64,000 nt of DNA. Origin: Lentzea sp. Lineage in GTDB: Bacteria; Actinomycetota; Actinomycetes; Mycobacteriales; Pseudonocardiaceae. The stretch is taken from positions 27,676-91,675 of the forward strand of contig NZ_DASVFL010000067.1 in assembly GCF_036380075.1 (NCBI RefSeq), in the 5' to 3' direction. Each line of letters begins with the position of its first letter. Position 1 is the stretch's first letter. Below the pieces are notes generated by a model. The model did no database searches and was not told the DNA's origin. It worked only from the letters and a program-made list of their open reading frames with translations. Positions 59,850 to 64,000 of the stretch are shown here, in pieces. The position numbers were made by a program, and so were the translations under genes.

Positions 59850-62839
59850 CGGTAGGCGGGCGTGCCGAGGTCCAGCACGAGGTCTGCCCGTGCCGCCTCA
59901 TCGGGGCGGTGGGTGATGTGCAAGATCGTCCTGCGGTCGCGCCGGAGCTCGTCGAGGAGCTTGCGCGCGGTCGGTTCGTCGAGGTGGGCGGTGGGCTCGT
60001 CGAGCAGCACCACGTCGGCGTCGTGCAGCAACGCCCGTGCGAGCGCGAGCCGTTGCGCCTCACCGCCCGACACCTGGTCGGGACGGATCACCGTGTCGAG
60101 CCGGTCGGCCCACTCGGGCAGGCAGGCCCTGCGCAACGCCTCCCGCAGCTGCTCGTCGTCGTGCTGCCCCGACATCCGCAGGTTCTCCCGCACGGTCGTG
60201 CTGACCAGCATCGGCTCCTGCGGGCACCAGGTGGCGCGCGGCAGCTCGACGATCCCCCGCTCCGGCTCCAGGAAGCCAAGGAGCAGCGCGAACAGCGTCG
60301 ACTTGCCGCTGCCCGAGGGGCCGACGATCGCGACGTGCGTGCCGGGTTCGACGTCGAGGTGCAGGTCGCGCAACGTCGGCTCGGTCGCGCCCGGCCAGCG
60401 GACGTCGACGTTCTCCAGCCGGATCCGCCTGCCCCGCGCCGGCTCCGGACGCTCCGGGGCGTCGAACTGGAGCCGGGCGCTCGCCTCGCGCAACGCCCGG
60501 CGCTGCTGGGCGGCCGGCGGCAGCGCGGCCAGCGGTTCGGCGAGGGCGAGCGGGACCAGGCCGAGCACCGGGTTGCCGGTCGTGGCGCAGACCAGGGCGG
60601 CCGCACCGGTCGCGAGCAGCACGATCGCCGTGGCGGCACCCGTGCCAAACGCTTGCCTGCGGGTCTGACCGGCGAGCTCGACGTCCTCGGCGTGCAGCCG
60701 GGCCAGCAGGCGGTGGTGGGCGTCGTGGGCGATGAGGTCGGGCGCGGCGGTGAGCGCGTTGATCGTGTCCCGGGCGACCTTGCGGCGGCCCCTGGCGAGC
60801 TTCGTGCTGGCCCGGCGCTCGGTCCAGACGGCGACGGCCGGGGCGCCGAGGCCCGCCGCGAGCAGCAGACCTCCCAGCGTCAGCGCGGCCGCCGAGTCGA
60901 TGAACGCGAACAGGACCGTGGTCGCGATGCCCGCACCGATGGCCACGACCGGCGGAACGAGCACCCGCGGCACGAGGTCGCGAACGGTGTCGGTGTCCTC
61001 GACGAGCCGTTGGAGGCCATCGCGCCGTTGGGTCCGCACGAGTCGCAACCACAGTTCGGCTCGCAGGTTCGTCGCGAGCTTGAACGCCTCGTGGTGCGTG
61101 ACGAGCCGCTCGACGTACCGGAGCACGCCCTTGCTCAGCGCGAACGTCCGCACGCCCACGACCAGCACCGACAGCGTCAGGATCGGTGGCATCTCGGCGG
61201 CGCGGGCGATCAGGTGGGCGGCGAGCGCGGTCAGCGCGATGCCGGCGACCGTCGCCAGCACGCCCAGCCCTGCGCCCTTCCACGGCACCGGCAGGCGCTT
61301 CGGCCGTTCGTGCTGCGTCTCCTCGGTGACGACCCTGGCGAACGTCTCGTCCTCGGTCGCCTCCTTCTCGCGGTGCGAGGCGAGGACGACGGCCGCCGTG
61401 GCGCTGGCCCGCTTGATCGCTTTGTCGACTTTGCGACTTGTCACCGGGTCGAGGTGCGCGGTCGGTTCGTCCAGCAGCAACACCGTCGCGCCGTGGCGCA
61501 CCCTCAGCAGAGCGCGCGCGACTGCGACGCGTTGGCGTTCACCGGTCGACAGGTCCGTGATGCGGCGGTCGAGCAGGTGCTGGGCCGCGACCTCGCGTGC
61601 GACCTGCTCGATGTCGTCGGCGTCCGGGACCGTCAGTTCCAGCTCGGCCCGCGGCGTCACCGCGGCGAACGCCGGCTTCTGCGGCACGTACGCGATGTCG
61701 CCGGCGACGAACGCCGTGCCGTCGGTCGGCTCCAGGAAGCCGAGCAGCACCTGGAACGTCGTCGACTTCCCCGCGCCGCTCGCGCCTTCAAGTCGATAAA
61801 TCTCCCCCGGTCGCACGTCGAAGCTGACTCCGTCGGGTGCGAACCCGCCTCGGCGCAGCACGCGGAGGTTGTCGACGTGGACCGAGCCGCCGGGCAGCCG
61901 GGGCCGGTGCGAGCCCTCGTGCTCGACGACGTCGGCGACCCGCCGGACCGCCTCCAGCCCGTCCTCGCTGGCGTGGTGGGCGGCACCGGCCGCGCGCAGC
62001 GGCAGGTAGCACTCGGGCGCCAGGATCAGCACGACCAGCGCGGTCATCAGGGTCATGTCGCCGTGCACGAGCCGGATGCCGATGCCGACCGCGATCAGCG
62101 CGACCGACAGCGACGCCGCGATCTCCAGCACCAGCGCGCTCAGGAACGCGATCTTGAGCGTGCCCATCGTGGCCTTGCGGTGCTGCTCGCCGATCCGGCG
62201 GACGGCAGAGGCCTGCTGCTTGGCGCGACCGAACACCGTGAGCACGGGAAGCGCCCGCACCAGCTCCAGCAGCTGTGCCGACAGCAGCTCGGTGACGTCG
62301 GCGGCCTTCTGCACGCGCTTCTCGGTGTACCAGCCGATCAACGCGGCGAACACCGGGATCAACGGCACGGTCACCGCGATCAGCACCGCCGACGGCCAGT
62401 CTGTGACCAGGATCCACGCGCCGACCAGCGGTGGCACCACCACGGCCGTGACCAGCGCGGGCAGGTAGCGGGTGAAGTACGCGTCGAGCGCGTCGAGGCC
62501 CTTGGTCGCGAGCACCGACAGCTCGGCCGTGCCGCGGTCGGCGATCCAGCCGGGACCGCGTTCGAACGACTTGGCGAGCAGCTGGGTCCGCAGCTCCTCC
62601 TTCGCACCGGCAGCGGCACGAGCGGCAGCGCTTTCCGTCGCCCACGACAGCCCAGCGCGCGCGAGGATCGCCACGGCGAGCAGCGGAAGTCCTTCGCGGG
62701 TGGTGATCACCGACGCCAGCGCGACGGCCTGGGCGACGAGCGCCAGTGAGTTGAGAAACGCCAGCACGCCCACCCCGGCGAGCGCGCGCCTGGCGTTCCT
62801 CGAGAGCTGGGGCAGCGCTCCCAGCGGGCCGCGCTTCAT
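59846..62839 (-). CDS. cydDC: Fused CydD-CydC thiol-reductant ABC exporter (997 aa)
   Basis: YFTRYLPA, PECYLPLR, two NBDs (GASGAGKST/LSTGERQR/LDEPTAHLD and GPSGSGKST/VSGGEAQR/LDEPTAHLD); ATG overlaps the cydB stop. Confidence 0.92.
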   Translation of the reverse strand: MKRGPLGALPQLSRNARRALAGVGVLAFLNSLALVAQAVALASVITTREGLPLLAVAILARAGLSWATESAAARAAAGAKEELRTQLLAKSFERGPGWIADRGTAELSVLATKGLDALDAYFTRYLPALVTAVVVPPLVGAWILVTDWPSAVLIAVTVPLIPVFAALIGWYTEKRVQKAADVTELLSAQLLELVRALPVLTVFGRAKQQASAVRRIGEQHRKATMGTLKIAFLSALVLEIAASLSVALIAVGIGIRLVHGDMTLMTALVVLILAPECYLPLRAAGAAHHASEDGLEAVRRVADVVEHEGSHRPRLPGGSVHVDNLRVLRRGGFAPDGVSFDVRPGEIYRLEGASGAGKSTTFQVLLGFLEPTDGTAFVAGDIAYVPQKPAFAAVTPRAELELTVPDADDIEQVAREVAAQHLLDRRITDLSTGERQRVAVARALLRVRHGATVLLLDEPTAHLDPVTSRKVDKAIKRASATAAVVLASHREKEATEDETFARVVTEETQHERPKRLPVPWKGAGLGVLATVAGIALTALAAHLIARAAEMPPILTLSVLVVGVRTFALSKGVLRYVERLVTHHEAFKLATNLRAELWLRLVRTQRRDGLQRLVEDTDTVRDLVPRVLVPPVVAIGAGIATTVLFAFIDSAAALTLGGLLLAAGLGAPAVAVWTERRASTKLARGRRKVARDTINALTAAPDLIAHDAHHRLLARLHAEDVELAGQTRRQAFGTGAATAIVLLATGAAALVCATTGNPVLGLVPLALAEPLAALPPAAQQRRALREASARLQFDAPERPEPARGRRIRLENVDVRWPGATEPTLRDLHLDVEPGTHVAIVGPSGSGKSTLFALLLGFLEPERGIVELPRATWCPQEPMLVSTTVRENLRMSGQHDDEQLREALRRACLPEWADRLDTVIRPDQVSGGEAQRLALARALLHDADVVLLDEPTAHLDEPTARKLLDELRRDRRTILHITHRPDEAARADLVLDLGTPAYR

Positions 62840-63810
62840 CAGTGGCCCGCCGGGATGTGCTGAACGCCGATGCGCTTGCGGAACACCCAGTAGGTCCAGG
62901 CCTGGTAGACGAGCACCGCGGGCGTGCCGAAGCCGGCGACCCAGGTCATGACCTTCAGCGTGTACGGGCTCGACGCCGTGTTGGCGACCGTGAGCGACCA
63001 CGCGTCGTTGAGCGTCGACGGCAGGACGTTCGGGTAGAGCGAGCCGAACAGGATCACGACGGTCGCCGCGATCGCGAGCCCCATCAGCGCGAACGACTGG
63101 CCGTCGCGGTTCGCGAGCAGCCGCCACATCGCGGCGCCGAGCACCAGCACGACCACACCGGCCCAGAGCCCGGCGACGATCGCGAGCAGCGCGACGAGCG
63201 GCAGCAACGCCACCGGCGCCAGCACCAGCGCGACCCGGCGGGCCCGCTCGCGGATCTCGCCCTCGGTCTTCAGGGCGGTGAACACCGCGCCGTGCACGAG
63301 CGCGTACCCGGCGAACGCCAGCGCGCCGACGACCGTGTCGAACCGGATCGCCGCGAAGGCCGAGCCCACGCGGTCGCCGTCGGCGTCGATCGGCAGGCCC
63401 AGCACCGTCGTCGAGATCAGCAGGCCGACGCAGAGCGTGGCGACCCACGAGCCGGCGACGATCGTGACGTCCCACGCCTTGCGCCAGCGCGGGTTGTCGA
63501 CCTTGCCGCGGTAGTCGAACGCGACGCCGCGGCCGATCAACGCGATGAGGAACAACGTTAGTGGCAGGTACGCGGCGCTCAGCAGCGCCGCATACCAGCC
63601 GGGGAACGCCGCGAACGTGGCACCGATCGCGACGATGAGCCACACCTCGTTGCCGTCCCAGACCGGCCCGATGGTGTTGATCATGACTCGGCGTTCTTCG
63701 TTGCTGCGCCCGAGAACCGGCAGCAGCATGCCGACGCCGAAGTCGAACCCTTCGAGGAACAGGTAGCCGAGCCACAGCACGGCGATGAGCACGAACCAGA
63801 GCGTTTCCAC
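62839..63810 (-). CDS. cydB: Cytochrome bd oxidase subunit II
   Basis: LEGFDFGVG, IGPVWDGNEVWL, AFPGWYA, YQAWTYWVFRKRI. Confidence 0.97.
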   Translation of the reverse strand: METLWFVLIAVLWLGYLFLEGFDFGVGMLLPVLGRSNEERRVMINTIGPVWDGNEVWLIVAIGATFAAFPGWYAALLSAAYLPLTLFLIALIGRGVAFDYRGKVDNPRWRKAWDVTIVAGSWVATLCVGLLISTTVLGLPIDADGDRVGSAFAAIRFDTVVGALAFAGYALVHGAVFTALKTEGEIRERARRVALVLAPVALLPLVALLAIVAGLWAGVVVLVLGAAMWRLLANRDGQSFALMGLAIAATVVILFGSLYPNVLPSTLNDAWSLTVANTASSPYTLKVMTWVAGFGTPAVLVYQAWTYWVFRKRIGVQHIPAGH

Positions 63811-63822
63811 GTCGTCTCTCCC

Positions 63823-64000
63823 CTAGTACGCGAACGCCAGGGCGCCGTCGTCGGACTTCTGGGGCAGTACGCCGGGAATCCCGCCTCTGACGTACTTGCG
63901 GATCAGGTAGAACTCCACGACCGCCAGCACGCTGTAGACCGCGGTGAGCAGGATCAGCGAGGTCAGGATCTCGCCGACGGTGCTGTTCGAGACCGCCTGC
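63823..64000 (-). CDS. cydA: Cytochrome bd oxidase subunit I, C-terminal fragment (continues beyond the window)
   Basis: Minus-strand frame ...VSNSTVGEILTSLILLTAVYSVLAVVEFYLIRKYVRGG...GALAFAY*, immediately upstream of cydB. Confidence 0.9.
   Translation of the reverse strand, partial: QAVSNSTVGEILTSLILLTAVYSVLAVVEFYLIRKYVRGGIPGVLPQKSDDGALAFAY

Noticed and set aside
59846-63775. 1309-aa ORF suggesting a cydB-cydD-cydC fusion
   Set aside because: The upstream part is an alternate frame of cydB; the real start is ATG 62839 overlapping the cydB stop

Overview
High-GC actinobacterial chromosome segment. The gene content (PE/PPE/EspG cassette, chaplin-like protein, Bpa, glf/glfT1/wzm/wzt) points to Pseudonocardiaceae, possibly Lentzea/Saccharothrix-like (inference). 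From recalled gene order it is broadly syntenic with the M. tuberculosis Rv3772-Rv3838c region: pat, tRNA-Ser/Arg, quinone oxidoreductase, desulfurase-like, bpa, rfbD/E, glfT1, glf, Cof, serS, Rv3835-37, pheA. I annotate about 65 CDSs, 3 tRNAs without encoded CCA and several intrinsic terminators. I found no integrase, transposase, rRNA or CRISPR array. Most interesting signals: (1) five DnaA-box-like 9-mers packed into the 51 bp between two convergent genes; (2) a ~18 kb cell-wall glycan locus with Galf machinery but no arabinan genes or glfT2, which co-locates a full PpgS/DUF2304/Rv3779-like galactosamine-decoration set, a second flippase, an acyltransferase and a coiled-coil methyltransferase before wzm/wzt; (3) a galE that appears to have lost its stop codon and reads through its terminator; (4) a 163-nt nested palindromic element; (5) an orphan type VII PE-PPE-EspG cassette with non-canonical secretion motifs. 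All family assignments come from motif recognition by eye; no database searches were run.
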